A DNA stretch of 29,083 bases from a virus. Its lineage: Duplodnaviria > Caudoviricetes. Both the position numbers and the translations under genes were made by a program. The notes under the pieces were generated by a model. It worked only from the letters and a program-made list of their open reading frames with translations, made no database searches and was not told where the DNA came from. Each line of letters begins with the position of its first letter. The stretch's first letter is position 1. Positions 17,077 to 25,526 of this stretch are shown here, piece by piece. Location of the stretch: the IMG/VR virus record IMGVR_UViG_3300043120_000065, positions 1 to 29,083 of that record. One strand, written 5' to 3'.

Positions 17077-17515
17077 AGTAGATTGCTCCGTTTGCCCCGT
17101 GTTCTTTGACTTCTACCTGTACCACCCGCACCCGTGGCGCGTAACCGTAGTCCTGCAGATAAACCTGTGCTGCTGCAAAGGCCAGTTCCGCGAACGCCTC
17201 GCAGCCGGCCTTTTCCGCTACCACCAGATCCAGCAGGCCCCGGGCTTCCGCCTCGTGGAACCAGTCCAGCTCCGGGTCGTCCGCTGCGACTATGGTCTTG
17301 TGGTCAAAGGTGTCTTCAAGCATGCCCTTGAGGCCCTTGAGGCCACCGAAGTCCACCACCCAGTTGCGCACATCCAGCTCGCTGGCTTCGAACGTGAACT
17401 TGAAGGACAGGGCGTACCCGTGCAGCAGATTGCAATGGCTGTCGGCGCGCCACTGGCGGAAGGCACAGGACAGGCCGACTTCGTGTCCGTAACGCTTGGT
17501 TGATTGGTATGGCAT
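17066..17515 (-). CDS. queD: 6-carboxytetrahydropterin synthase
   Basis: Start MPYQSTK at 17515 (TAATG overlap); [27 protein letters not shown]. Confidence 0.88.
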   Translation of the reverse strand: MPYQSTKRYGHEVGLSCAFRQWRADSHCNLLHGYALSFKFTFEASELDVRNWVVDFGGLKGLKGMLEDTFDHKTIVAADDPELDWFHEAEARGLLDLVVAEKAGCEAFAELAFAAAQVYLQDYGYAPRVRVVQVEVKEHGANGAIYYES

Positions 17516-18264
17516 TACTCCACCCCCAGTATCTTGTGGGTTTGTAGGGACACGCAGAACCCGAACTGCATGGCGAGTTCCTTGGTGCGTTGCAGGTTGC
17601 GTTCGTTGGCCAGCGTGTTGGGTCGGCCGTCCGGCATGTAGTCCTCCCTCGGCTGCAGCCACACCCGGTACGGGGTTGGGCTGTTACGCCCGAACGGGCT
17701 GGCCACCGGCAACTGGTTGCCGGTGCCTTGTGTGTCGCTGACCGGTACACCCTCTTCCGTTGTGATGGTGTCGTGACCAATGATGTACTTCCAGTCCGTG
17801 GCGTGGCGCAGTACGTCCCGGTGGACGCGCCCGGTCTTTGGGCTGACCACGGCTGTCACGTCGGACTGCCACAACAGGGCCGGGGCGTGTTTGGTGGCCC
17901 CACTGGTTTCCACCTGCACACGGAAGCCGCTATCCAACAGGGTGCGGATCAATGGGTCTAGATTCTGGTACAGCGGTTCACCGCCGGTGATTACCACCAA
18001 CGGGGCCGCCCGCCAACGGGCGTTGTCCCAGTTGCTGACGCACATCCACGCCAGCTCCTCCACCGGGTACCAGCTTGACCCCTCCTCCGCAAAGTCCGTG
18101 TCGCAGAACCAGCAGTGCAACGGGCAGCCGCCGAGGCGAATGAAGATGGCCGGGTGGCCAGTGAACGGGCCTTCCCCCTGAATGGTGGGGAACAGGCTGT
18201 GCACCAGCAGGCGCTCGCCCGTGTCCTCGTAGCGGAAGGACGGCTTCGGGTTTTTACCGAACAT
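17515..18264 (-). CDS. queE: 7-carboxy-7-deazaguanine synthase (radical SAM)
   Basis: TIQGEG, FIRLGGCPLHCWFCDTDF (CxxxCxxC), TGGEP, ETSG, SPK, SLQTHK; start MFGKN at 18264. Confidence 0.95.
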   Translation of the reverse strand: MFGKNPKPSFRYEDTGERLLVHSLFPTIQGEGPFTGHPAIFIRLGGCPLHCWFCDTDFAEEGSSWYPVEELAWMCVSNWDNARWRAAPLVVITGGEPLYQNLDPLIRTLLDSGFRVQVETSGATKHAPALLWQSDVTAVVSPKTGRVHRDVLRHATDWKYIIGHDTITTEEGVPVSDTQGTGNQLPVASPFGRNSPTPYRVWLQPREDYMPDGRPNTLANERNLQRTKELAMQFGFCVSLQTHKILGVE

Positions 18265-18275
18265 GAGGTTTCCTC

Positions 18276-18452
18276 TCACAGATTTTTGGGTTGTCGCCAC
18301 GCCTGCCAAACCTCAGAGGCGGTAGGGGCCGGAACCCCTGCCTCCTTGGCGGCTGCCATGACATGCTTTCTACGGAGCCTGCCGCCGTGCTGGCGGTACA
18401 GGCGCTCGCAAATCTCTCTAACTTTATCGAAGTTCCCGTTATGCTTGCGCAT
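18276..18452 (-). CDS. Small basic protein, paralogous to the C-terminus of 19934-20545
   Basis: MRKHNGNFDKVREICERLY...RRKHVMAAAKEAGVPAPTASEVWQAWR. Confidence 0.6.
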   Translation of the reverse strand: MRKHNGNFDKVREICERLYRQHGGRLRRKHVMAAAKEAGVPAPTASEVWQAWRQPKNL

Positions 18453-18456
18453 GGTG

Positions 18457-19872
18457 TTACCCCATAAAATACAGGTTACTCTGCGCCCGTGTATAGGCGA
18501 CATACATCAGGTTATCCTCCTGCACCTTCTGCCACGGCTGCCGGGCAAAGCGGCTCGGCATGAGCTTCGGCTCCAGGATGTATACGTCCCGGGCCTCAAG
18601 CCCCTTGGCGCGGTGAACACTGGACAGGGTGGCACCGCCGCCGGCGGCGAAGATGTCCTTTACCCGCTGCACCAGCTCCCCCACCGGGGCCGCCTCCGGA
18701 AGCCCTTCGGCCACGGCGAACACACAAGCCGCCCGGTCGTCCACCGCGTCCGCCTTCGTGCCGTTCTCCGCCTTCACCGCCTTGGCCATTTCCACGTCCC
18801 GCCAGTTCGCCACGGCCTCAACGAGCTGCCCGACCGTGCGCTTGCGGAACCGCTGCAGAAAATTTATCAGGGTCGTTCCGATGTCCCGGCCCATGACAGT
18901 GCACGCCCGGCCACTGGCCAGCATGCTGAAGGCAAGGGACAGAAGCGGGGCGTTGTTGCGGCACAGCACCAAGTCCCCCGCCCCCGGCTGTGCATTCCGG
19001 ACCGTTGTTACAGTGCCTTCGGGTGCATCCGGGGCCGGTTTGATTTCCGGTGCTATGGTGTTCGCCAGCGCCACCACAGCCCGGGGGCACCGGTAGGTTA
19101 CATCCAGTGGCAAGGTAACGGCGTTGAAGTCCCGCACTATGTTCTGCAGGCTCTCACTGTCGGCCCCACGGAAGCCGTAAATGGCCTGACGGCGGTCACC
19201 CACCGCTACCACCCGGCCCCCCGGTTTAAGTGCCATGGCAATGAGCTGGCGCTGCACAGTGGACACGTCCTGCGCTTCGTCCACAAAAATAACGTCGAAC
19301 CGCTGGCGGGGCAGCCACCCGTTCATGACGGGCAAGTACAGTTGGTCGTCAAAATCAATAACCCGGGTGTCCAGCGTACTGGCCCGCAGCACCTTGCGGG
19401 CGTACTGGTCGATTTCGTGGTTGTACTCAAGCCCGTGGTGCAGGGCCAGCTCCGGAAAATCGTCGCTTTCCGGTGCCAGTGCGTGCGCCTTGGCCAAGGA
19501 CACCAACTTGATGGTGGCCGTGACCCACTCCGGCAGATCCTTGTGCCAGTCCGCGGGCACCACTTCCCGCACAAGCCCCCGCACCTTGTTGGCTTCCAGT
19601 TGCACCCGACCACAGGCACTCATTACCGCCCGGTGCCCGAGGCTATTGAGGGTCATGCAAGACACCCCCTCCGGTACCCGGTTGGCCAGCTCCTTGGCGA
19701 TGCTGGCGTTAAAGGCCATGAACGCCACCTGCTGCCCTGCCGGCAGGTACTTCATGGCCTCAACGATGGTGGTGGTCTTGCCGCTGCCTGCCACGGCTTC
19801 AACCACAGCGCTGCCGGCGTGCGGGTCTGCGACGTGTGCGAAAATGGCCTGCTGGTTGTCACTCCACTTCAT
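18457..19872 (-). CDS. UvrD/Rep-family SF1 helicase
   Basis: Start MKWSDNQQ at 19872; AVAGSGKTT, DEAQD, GDRRQAIYGFRGA, TYRCP, SSVHRAKGLE, YVAYTRA. Confidence 0.93.
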   Translation of the reverse strand: MKWSDNQQAIFAHVADPHAGSAVVEAVAGSGKTTTIVEAMKYLPAGQQVAFMAFNASIAKELANRVPEGVSCMTLNSLGHRAVMSACGRVQLEANKVRGLVREVVPADWHKDLPEWVTATIKLVSLAKAHALAPESDDFPELALHHGLEYNHEIDQYARKVLRASTLDTRVIDFDDQLYLPVMNGWLPRQRFDVIFVDEAQDVSTVQRQLIAMALKPGGRVVAVGDRRQAIYGFRGADSESLQNIVRDFNAVTLPLDVTYRCPRAVVALANTIAPEIKPAPDAPEGTVTTVRNAQPGAGDLVLCRNNAPLLSLAFSMLASGRACTVMGRDIGTTLINFLQRFRKRTVGQLVEAVANWRDVEMAKAVKAENGTKADAVDDRAACVFAVAEGLPEAAPVGELVQRVKDIFAAGGGATLSSVHRAKGLEARDVYILEPKLMPSRFARQPWQKVQEDNLMYVAYTRAQSNLYFMG

Positions 19873-19905
19873 GGGAATCCCCTTATGTCTTTCTGAGAAC
19901 AGGTT

Positions 19906-19926
19906 GGCCCCGGGGGTGCCGGGGCC
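19906..19926. repeat. GC-rich intergenic hairpin
   Basis: ggccccgg-gggtg-ccggggcc, just after the stop at 19934. Confidence 0.7.
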
Positions 19927-19933
19927 GGTTGGC

Positions 19934-20545
19934 TTACTCGCCCCGGTCGGTGGCCCGGGCTTTTTTCCACGCTGTGAACTGCGTGCTGGCCGTATTCGGG
20001 TTGATACCCAGCCCAATCGCATCGGCGATGAACTCTTTGCGAACGATGTTGTTGAAACCGGTGGCGGCTGCCAGTTCGTCGTACAGGTTCCAAGCTACAT
20101 CCACCGGGCTGTCGACGGTGCTGTCCGGGTAGCTGCTCTCGCCGGTGCGCTTATAGGTGCGCTTGCCCGGTTTCTTGGGTTCGGCTCCTTCCTCGTCCGC
20201 CGGGTGCTTCACATCGTCACCCCACTCGTAGTCGCACACCATGCAAGCGAACTCTTTTTGCTGCAGTTTGTACGCTTCGTTGAAGTTGCCGTCACGGGCA
20301 TCCAGCAGGCCCTCGAAGTCACACACGCCGTTTTCCAGATGGGTGCCGCACTCCGGGCACTCGTGGAAGCCGTACTGTTCGTCGTACTTCGCGTCCAGCT
20401 CGCTGGTGTCTACCATCGGGATGTAGTAGTACCGGTCGGTTTCCACGTTGTGGCGAATTTCTACCTGCTCCTTGTTGTAACCGGCTTTCTTGGCGGCGCG
20501 CAGGGCGTTGGAACGGTTGCTGTAGGTGGTGGTTGCGTTGGTCAT
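19934..20545 (-). CDS. Hypothetical early protein with zinc-ribbon-like motif
   Basis: 203 aa; CPECG and CMVC pairs; AGAAGGAAG RBS; first gene after the promoter at 20609-20637. Confidence 0.75.
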   Translation of the reverse strand: MTNATTTYSNRSNALRAAKKAGYNKEQVEIRHNVETDRYYYIPMVDTSELDAKYDEQYGFHECPECGTHLENGVCDFEGLLDARDGNFNEAYKLQQKEFACMVCDYEWGDDVKHPADEEGAEPKKPGKRTYKRTGESSYPDSTVDSPVDVAWNLYDELAAATGFNNIVRKEFIADAIGLGINPNTASTQFTAWKKARATDRGE

Positions 20546-20608
20546 GTCGTCTTCCTTCTAGCTTTCTGGTTTGGGTTGCAGGGGCCAATCCGCCCCGGCC
20601 ATGGTTTA

Positions 20609-20637
20609 AAGGTACATAAACTTTTATGTGATTGCAA
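20609..20637 (-). promoter_or_regulatory. Sigma70-like promoter with palindromic operator
   Basis: TTGCAA-17 bp-TACCTT on the minus strand; ACATAAA-ct-TTTATGT at 20614-20629. Confidence 0.8.
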
Positions 20638-20656
20638 CCCCTTCCCGTAAAAATTT

Positions 20657-22132
20657 TTACACGGGGTAAAACCGTACCCCTTGCGGGGCCACCAGAAACA
20701 GGTTGTGTTGCGCCCGGGTCATGCCGGTGTAGAACACCCGGGCTTCATCGTCCGGGTTGCTCATGAACCCGGTATACGACCGGGCGGTCATGTCCACCCG
20801 CAACACCACGTTCGAAGCCTGCCCGCCCTTGGCACTGTGTACCGTGCCCACGGTCACGCGTGCCGGGTCTTGCAGTCGCTCGCCCCGCCGCAGGATGGTC
20901 AGGTAATACTCCCGGTCCTCGATGTTAATGCCCTGCAGGGCATCGTGCCAAAGGGGCATGGCTGCAGGGTCACCGGGTAGATCCTCCGGGCCGTAGGTGT
21001 CCGCGTCCTTGTACCGGGCCGGGTCCATGCCCGGGTTGTAGGTGGCCACGGCCTGCATCACCGTCCGCGTGACCGACTTGCCCTTACGCAATTGCTCCCA
21101 CCCCTGTATGGCCTTCAGGTGCCCGGCGGGTACACTGGGGCCGCTGGCTGTGTTGTACTTAACCCCCTGCAGGCGGCAGGCAGCAGCGTAGTCCTTGAGG
21201 TAGTGGCTGTTCCGGGCCAGCAGTAGCCAGTTGCCCGTCGTTAGGTCTACGTCCCCCGGGTTGGCGATCCACTCCACCCGGCCCTCGCGGTCCGCCGGCT
21301 TCCATACCTTCGGTTCCCGGCCACGGATACGGGCGCTGACCCGGTTGGCGAGGTCAAATACCTTGCGGGGCAGACGGTGGGACTTATCTAGTACCGTCCG
21401 CGTTACCCCGGGTTCGTGTGCCAGCCGCAGGAAAGTTTCCACGCTGGCCCCACTCCACCGGTAAATGGCCTGATCATCGTCCCCGGCTACCACCACCTCC
21501 GGGCAATCCCCGAATGCCCGGTGCACGGCTTGCCATTGGCGGACGGTCAAATCCTGTGCCTCGTCGATGATTCCCAGCTTCACCGGCAGGGGCGCACCCT
21601 CCGCCGCGTACTCATCAATCAGGTCGTGGAAGTCCCGCTTACCTAGTTCCCGCTTGAACATGCGCAGGGCCTCGTCCAGTTGCACCACCTCCCACCAGCT
21701 AACACCCTCGCCGGCATGGTGCCATGCTTGCTCCAGGGTCAGGTGGCGGCTGCGGGCGTACCCTATGACCTGCAGCAGCCGGGAACCCTTCGGCCCCTCC
21801 ATGGGCGGCCCGTCCAGAAGGTTGTAGCTGGCGGTGAACTGTAGCTGTAGCAGATCCCCCAGCTCGTTATAGTCCGCCGCCCCCATAAGCGTGGCCCCGG
21901 TGGCCCCGAGCTGGCGGTAAGCCATGCTGTGCAGGGTGCTGAAGAACGGGAGGTCTTTGGGCTTGAGGCCGAACTGCTTGGCTGCCCGTTCCCGGGCCTC
22001 GTTGGCGGCCCTGCGGGTAAACGCCATATAGGCGATCTGCGAGGGTGGTACCCCGTCCTGTAGCGCCCGTTCTACGATCCCGAGCAGGTGGGTGGTCTTA
22101 CCCGTGCCCGGGCCACCGAATACGGCCCTCAC
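20657..22132 (-). CDS. UvrD-like SF1 helicase
   Basis: GGPGTGKTT, AFTRRAA, STLHS, DEAQD, GDDDQAIY, SHRLP, TVHSAKG, YTGMTRA; GTGA overlap with the primase. Confidence 0.93.
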   Translation of the reverse strand: MRAVFGGPGTGKTTHLLGIVERALQDGVPPSQIAYMAFTRRAANEARERAAKQFGLKPKDLPFFSTLHSMAYRQLGATGATLMGAADYNELGDLLQLQFTASYNLLDGPPMEGPKGSRLLQVIGYARSRHLTLEQAWHHAGEGVSWWEVVQLDEALRMFKRELGKRDFHDLIDEYAAEGAPLPVKLGIIDEAQDLTVRQWQAVHRAFGDCPEVVVAGDDDQAIYRWSGASVETFLRLAHEPGVTRTVLDKSHRLPRKVFDLANRVSARIRGREPKVWKPADREGRVEWIANPGDVDLTTGNWLLLARNSHYLKDYAAACRLQGVKYNTASGPSVPAGHLKAIQGWEQLRKGKSVTRTVMQAVATYNPGMDPARYKDADTYGPEDLPGDPAAMPLWHDALQGINIEDREYYLTILRRGERLQDPARVTVGTVHSAKGGQASNVVLRVDMTARSYTGFMSNPDDEARVFYTGMTRAQHNLFLVAPQGVRFYPV

Positions 22133-23667
22133 GAGAACTCCCCTGTGTCCGGTGTCGGTACGTCAAACGGTTCCTCCTGCACGTCAAAGGCCGGGATGCC
22201 CCACATCTGCACACAGCGGCCCTTGATGTTTTTCTGCCTATGCTTGGCCCCGTTCTCCCGCAGTAGTGCCCATATCTCGTTCTGCTTGAGTTCCCGAAAC
22301 TGTTGCTGCTGCAAGAACTTCATCAGGTCGGTGCTGCGGAAGTAGGTCATCCGTGGCCCGTCCGCCTCGTGGTCGGTGTACGGCAGCCCTCGTAACAGGT
22401 CTTCCCACTGCCGGCCCATCTGCATCCCGGTGCAGAACTGCTCCAGCAGCAACCAGAACTGGCCGCCGGCACCGCTGTCCGTGGGCATATCAATAACCTC
22501 GGCGTTCTTCAGCAGTCCGTTCACCAGCTTCTGCCAGCGGATTGGCTTCAGCGGGTTGGGGAAGAACCGCAGCTTCTCCACACACTTGCGGGCGAACCGG
22601 CCTTGGTTCATCAGGTCGTCGGTGGTGATTTGCATACGTACCCCGTTAACCGTAACGAACCAGATTGGGTTCTCCCCCTGCAGTTGGGTAAGGCTGTCAA
22701 TCATAACGCCGGGGTCTTCCGCCCCACTGCTGGCCCCTATGCCGTATGGGCGCGCCCGACAGATTTCCCGGTTACAGAAGCTGGCCAGCGGCTGCTTCTT
22801 GCAGGTGTAGTTGTACTCCTTGCGCTTCAGCGACTTTGCGATGTCACCCACCTCCTGGAAAGGCAGGGGCGGGTCCAGATGGTTTTGGTTCAGGTCGTTG
22901 AGGTGTTGTTCCCAGTTGTCCCCGTGCTTCAGCTTGGCGTACACCCCCAGCGCGAACAGGGCCTCGTTACGACCGCCTTCTGGTATGCCGTGCAGGGCCA
23001 TGGTCTGCAGGCACGGCGGACCGTCCCCCACCGGGCCGCCAACTGGCTTGATGTCTTCCAGCGCCGCCGCTGGTATGGCCCGGGCCTGTGCCAGCTCCAG
23101 GAAGTCGGTAACGGACAGGGGTTCGCCTTTATACAGGGCATAGCTTTTAACCCCTGCAGGGTCCGCGCAGGCTCCGAAATATGGCATGTTGAGCCAGTTG
23201 CCCACATCCTCCGGCCCCGCCAGTTCGTCCTGCTTCGGGAATATCTCTACCCCCGGGTGGCCAAGCGCCACAGCCCAGTCGCCCAGCGTCTGCCGCACCT
23301 TCTGCGCAGGGGCATCATCCGTCAGGTAGAGTTGCAGGTGAGCGCCGCCGCTTTTGCTGCGGACAACCGTTAACGGCAGCACATACTCGTGAATCTTGCG
23401 TTCTAGATCGTTAAGGTCGACCGTATAGTCGTCTATGTCTATGGCACCCCAGTGGCACCGGGCATCCATGTCGATGGGCACAATCCCCAGCATGGCTTTC
23501 CCGTTGAGGTGCTGTTCCCACAGGGCCGGAACTACGTCCCCCCGGCGGGTGTGCCCTTTCCCGTCTTTCTTCGGGCCTCGCTTACGGTTCTGCAGCTCAA
23601 AAAAGCCATAGGCCGTCTCCAGCCCACGGAACCGCTGTAGCATGGCTTCCGCGATGTCGTTGGTCAT
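22129..23667 (-). CDS. Primase (AEP/primase-polymerase type with PriCT-like domain)
   Basis: WGAIDIDD, RSKSGGAH, IFPKQ, GNWLNMPY, PPCL...GGRNEALF, Cys cluster YTC...CNREIC. Confidence 0.85.
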   Translation of the reverse strand: MTNDIAEAMLQRFRGLETAYGFFELQNRKRGPKKDGKGHTRRGDVVPALWEQHLNGKAMLGIVPIDMDARCHWGAIDIDDYTVDLNDLERKIHEYVLPLTVVRSKSGGAHLQLYLTDDAPAQKVRQTLGDWAVALGHPGVEIFPKQDELAGPEDVGNWLNMPYFGACADPAGVKSYALYKGEPLSVTDFLELAQARAIPAAALEDIKPVGGPVGDGPPCLQTMALHGIPEGGRNEALFALGVYAKLKHGDNWEQHLNDLNQNHLDPPLPFQEVGDIAKSLKRKEYNYTCKKQPLASFCNREICRARPYGIGASSGAEDPGVMIDSLTQLQGENPIWFVTVNGVRMQITTDDLMNQGRFARKCVEKLRFFPNPLKPIRWQKLVNGLLKNAEVIDMPTDSGAGGQFWLLLEQFCTGMQMGRQWEDLLRGLPYTDHEADGPRMTYFRSTDLMKFLQQQQFRELKQNEIWALLRENGAKHRQKNIKGRCVQMWGIPAFDVQEEPFDVPTPDTGEFS

Positions 23668-23687
23668 ACTACCCCCACAGAGTCGAA

Positions 23688-23709
23688 GGCCCCGGGGTTC
23701 CCCGGGGCC
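23688..23709. repeat. GC-rich intergenic hairpin
   Basis: ggccccgggg-tt-ccccggggcc, just after the stop at 23719. Confidence 0.75.
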
Positions 23710-23718
23710 GTGTACCGG

Positions 23719-24546
23719 TTAGTCTGCGAAGTCGTTGGGTTCTGCGTTACCGGTGCCGGTACCACCGTCAGCGTTCGCCATGTTGGCCTTTGCCTTACCG
23801 GCCTGTACCGTTTCACGGAAGCCCTTGGCTGCTTGGTACAGCTCGGTATCCCCCTCCTCGCTGCCCAACTGGCGTTCCTTCTTCACGTTGAACACGTAGA
23901 AGGTGCCTTGGTCGTTGCTGCGGGCCTCCGTAAAGATGCGGTAGGCGTGGCTGAACATCGGCGGGGTGAACAGGCCCCCGTCCTTGCGGCGCATCTTGAT
24001 ACCGTTCATCAGGGACATCCACTTCTTGCTGCCCCGAATCTTGGTGCGGGTCATACTGATAACCGCCGGCTCGAAGGAACCGTCCTCGCCGACCACCATA
24101 ACGTAGTGGATACGGGTGTCCTGGAACTCGTTACCGTTACCCGGGTGGATGTCGCGCTTCTGCTCGTCCTGGATGCACTCGTCTAGCAGCAGCAATCCGG
24201 TTTCAAGGTCGTGCTCCGCTACCAAACCGCCACCCTTGTTGCGGGGCACCCACTCCAAGATCTTGCGCTCATAGTGGCAGGGGATAACCACCACCCCTGT
24301 CTTGCCGTCCCACAGCTCCTCGCTGACCGTGTTGACGATCTGCCCGGGCTTGGCCCCCTCGATAAAACCGTCTTCTTCCGGGTCCACCTGCGGGCTCATT
24401 TTCTGCAGGGCTTGCAGGAACGGAATTGCGTAGTCGTCCTTGGTGGTGCTTTCAAAGCCGTGACCCGCATCTTCCTCGAACATGCCCGCCGCTGCCGGCA
24501 GTTGGTCTTCCGCTTTCTTTGCCACTTCAGTTTTCTTTGCAGTCAT
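23719..24546 (-). CDS. Probable phage ssDNA-binding protein
   Basis: 275 aa in the replication module; IPFLQALQKMSPQV motif, acidic/flexible tail ending NDFAD. Confidence 0.6.
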   Translation of the reverse strand: MTAKKTEVAKKAEDQLPAAAGMFEEDAGHGFESTTKDDYAIPFLQALQKMSPQVDPEEDGFIEGAKPGQIVNTVSEELWDGKTGVVVIPCHYERKILEWVPRNKGGGLVAEHDLETGLLLLDECIQDEQKRDIHPGNGNEFQDTRIHYVMVVGEDGSFEPAVISMTRTKIRGSKKWMSLMNGIKMRRKDGGLFTPPMFSHAYRIFTEARSNDQGTFYVFNVKKERQLGSEEGDTELYQAAKGFRETVQAGKAKANMANADGGTGTGNAEPNDFAD

Positions 24547-24624
24547 GGTTATTACCTTCTAGATTTTGGTTTGCCCGGGCTGTTTAACCGGCCCCCGGGC
24601 TCAAGCCGCACAGGGTAGCCCCTG

Positions 24625-25188
24625 TTATGCCTTGGTGACCTTGCTGGCCTTGTGGTGGTACGCACCGAACAGGGACAGGGGCACGTCCTCCCCCTCTTCC
24701 TCCAGCTCCTGGATCAGCTTCTTGAGCTGGCCGGTGTGCACAGCCTCGCTGACCGCGTACTGGCTGAAGCCGTTGGCCTCCAGCAGCTCCGCCAGTGCCT
24801 TGACCTGCTCCTCCTGCCCCTTGTCAAACGGCAGGGTCACGTCCCGCTTAACCAGTGCCCCGTGGCCCCGGTCGGTCAACCACTCGGCCACTCCCCGCAG
24901 GTTCTTTTTCGGCACACTACACTTGAGGCTGTCCTTCACCTCCACCTTCGTACCGTCCGCCAGTGCGAACATGGACAGATTGAGCTCGTTGAGCAGCAGC
25001 TCAGGCAGTTCTACCTCCGCCACCTTGCGCAGCCGCTCTTTTTCCTTTTTAAGCTCGTCCTCCAGGTGCTTAACGCTGGCCTCAAGCTCCACCTGGCGCT
25101 GTGCTAGTGTAGCCACGGCGCGGAGCTCCGAGTCCGTTGGCCCACTGCTGGTTTCCTGCTCCACTTCTGCTTCAAAATCAATGCTCAT
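24625..25188 (-). CDS. Conserved replication-module protein (coiled-coil N-terminus)
   Basis: 187 aa; LPELL...LADGTKV...WLTDRGHGALVK...VHTGQLK; GGAGG RBS. Confidence 0.7.
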   Translation of the reverse strand: MSIDFEAEVEQETSSGPTDSELRAVATLAQRQVELEASVKHLEDELKKEKERLRKVAEVELPELLLNELNLSMFALADGTKVEVKDSLKCSVPKKNLRGVAEWLTDRGHGALVKRDVTLPFDKGQEEQVKALAELLEANGFSQYAVSEAVHTGQLKKLIQELEEEGEDVPLSLFGAYHHKASKVTKA

Positions 25189-25526
25189 ACGGCACCTCCG
25201 TTCACGTCTACCGGGATTTCATAATAACGACCCTCGCGGCGGTCCCACTGCAGCAGCGTGAACCGGCCTCGGTTGAGGCTGGCCGCCACGGCGGCAGCGG
25301 TGGCAATAGCGGAAGGGCTACCAACCGCCAAGAGGTGGTCGTTGTCCGTGAACGACAGCAGCTTCTTACGCAATGCCCGCACCATGGGGGCGGGGGCCAG
25401 CGAAATGTTGCTGCCGGGCAGCAGGAAGTCCAGTTCGCCGTAAGCCAGCGCCGGTGACAGGTCCATGGACGGTACCACTTCGCCGTTAACCCGTTTGACC
25501 GGTTCCTGTACTACGTACACTGTCAT
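25185..25526 (-). CDS. Hypothetical protein
   Basis: MTVYVVQEP..., AGAAGGAG RBS, ATGA overlaps. Confidence 0.7.
   Translation of the reverse strand: MTVYVVQEPVKRVNGEVVPSMDLSPALAYGELDFLLPGSNISLAPAPMVRALRKKLLSFTDNDHLLAVGSPSAIATAAAVAASLNRGRFTLLQWDRREGRYYEIPVDVNGGAV

Noticed and set aside
18115-20650. Long plus-strand ORFs (593 aa and 471 aa; also 8592-9953, 4124-5323, 12643-13830)
   Set aside because: They lie antisense to well-supported minus-strand genes, have no recognisable motifs, and are expected shadows of GC-rich codon usage.
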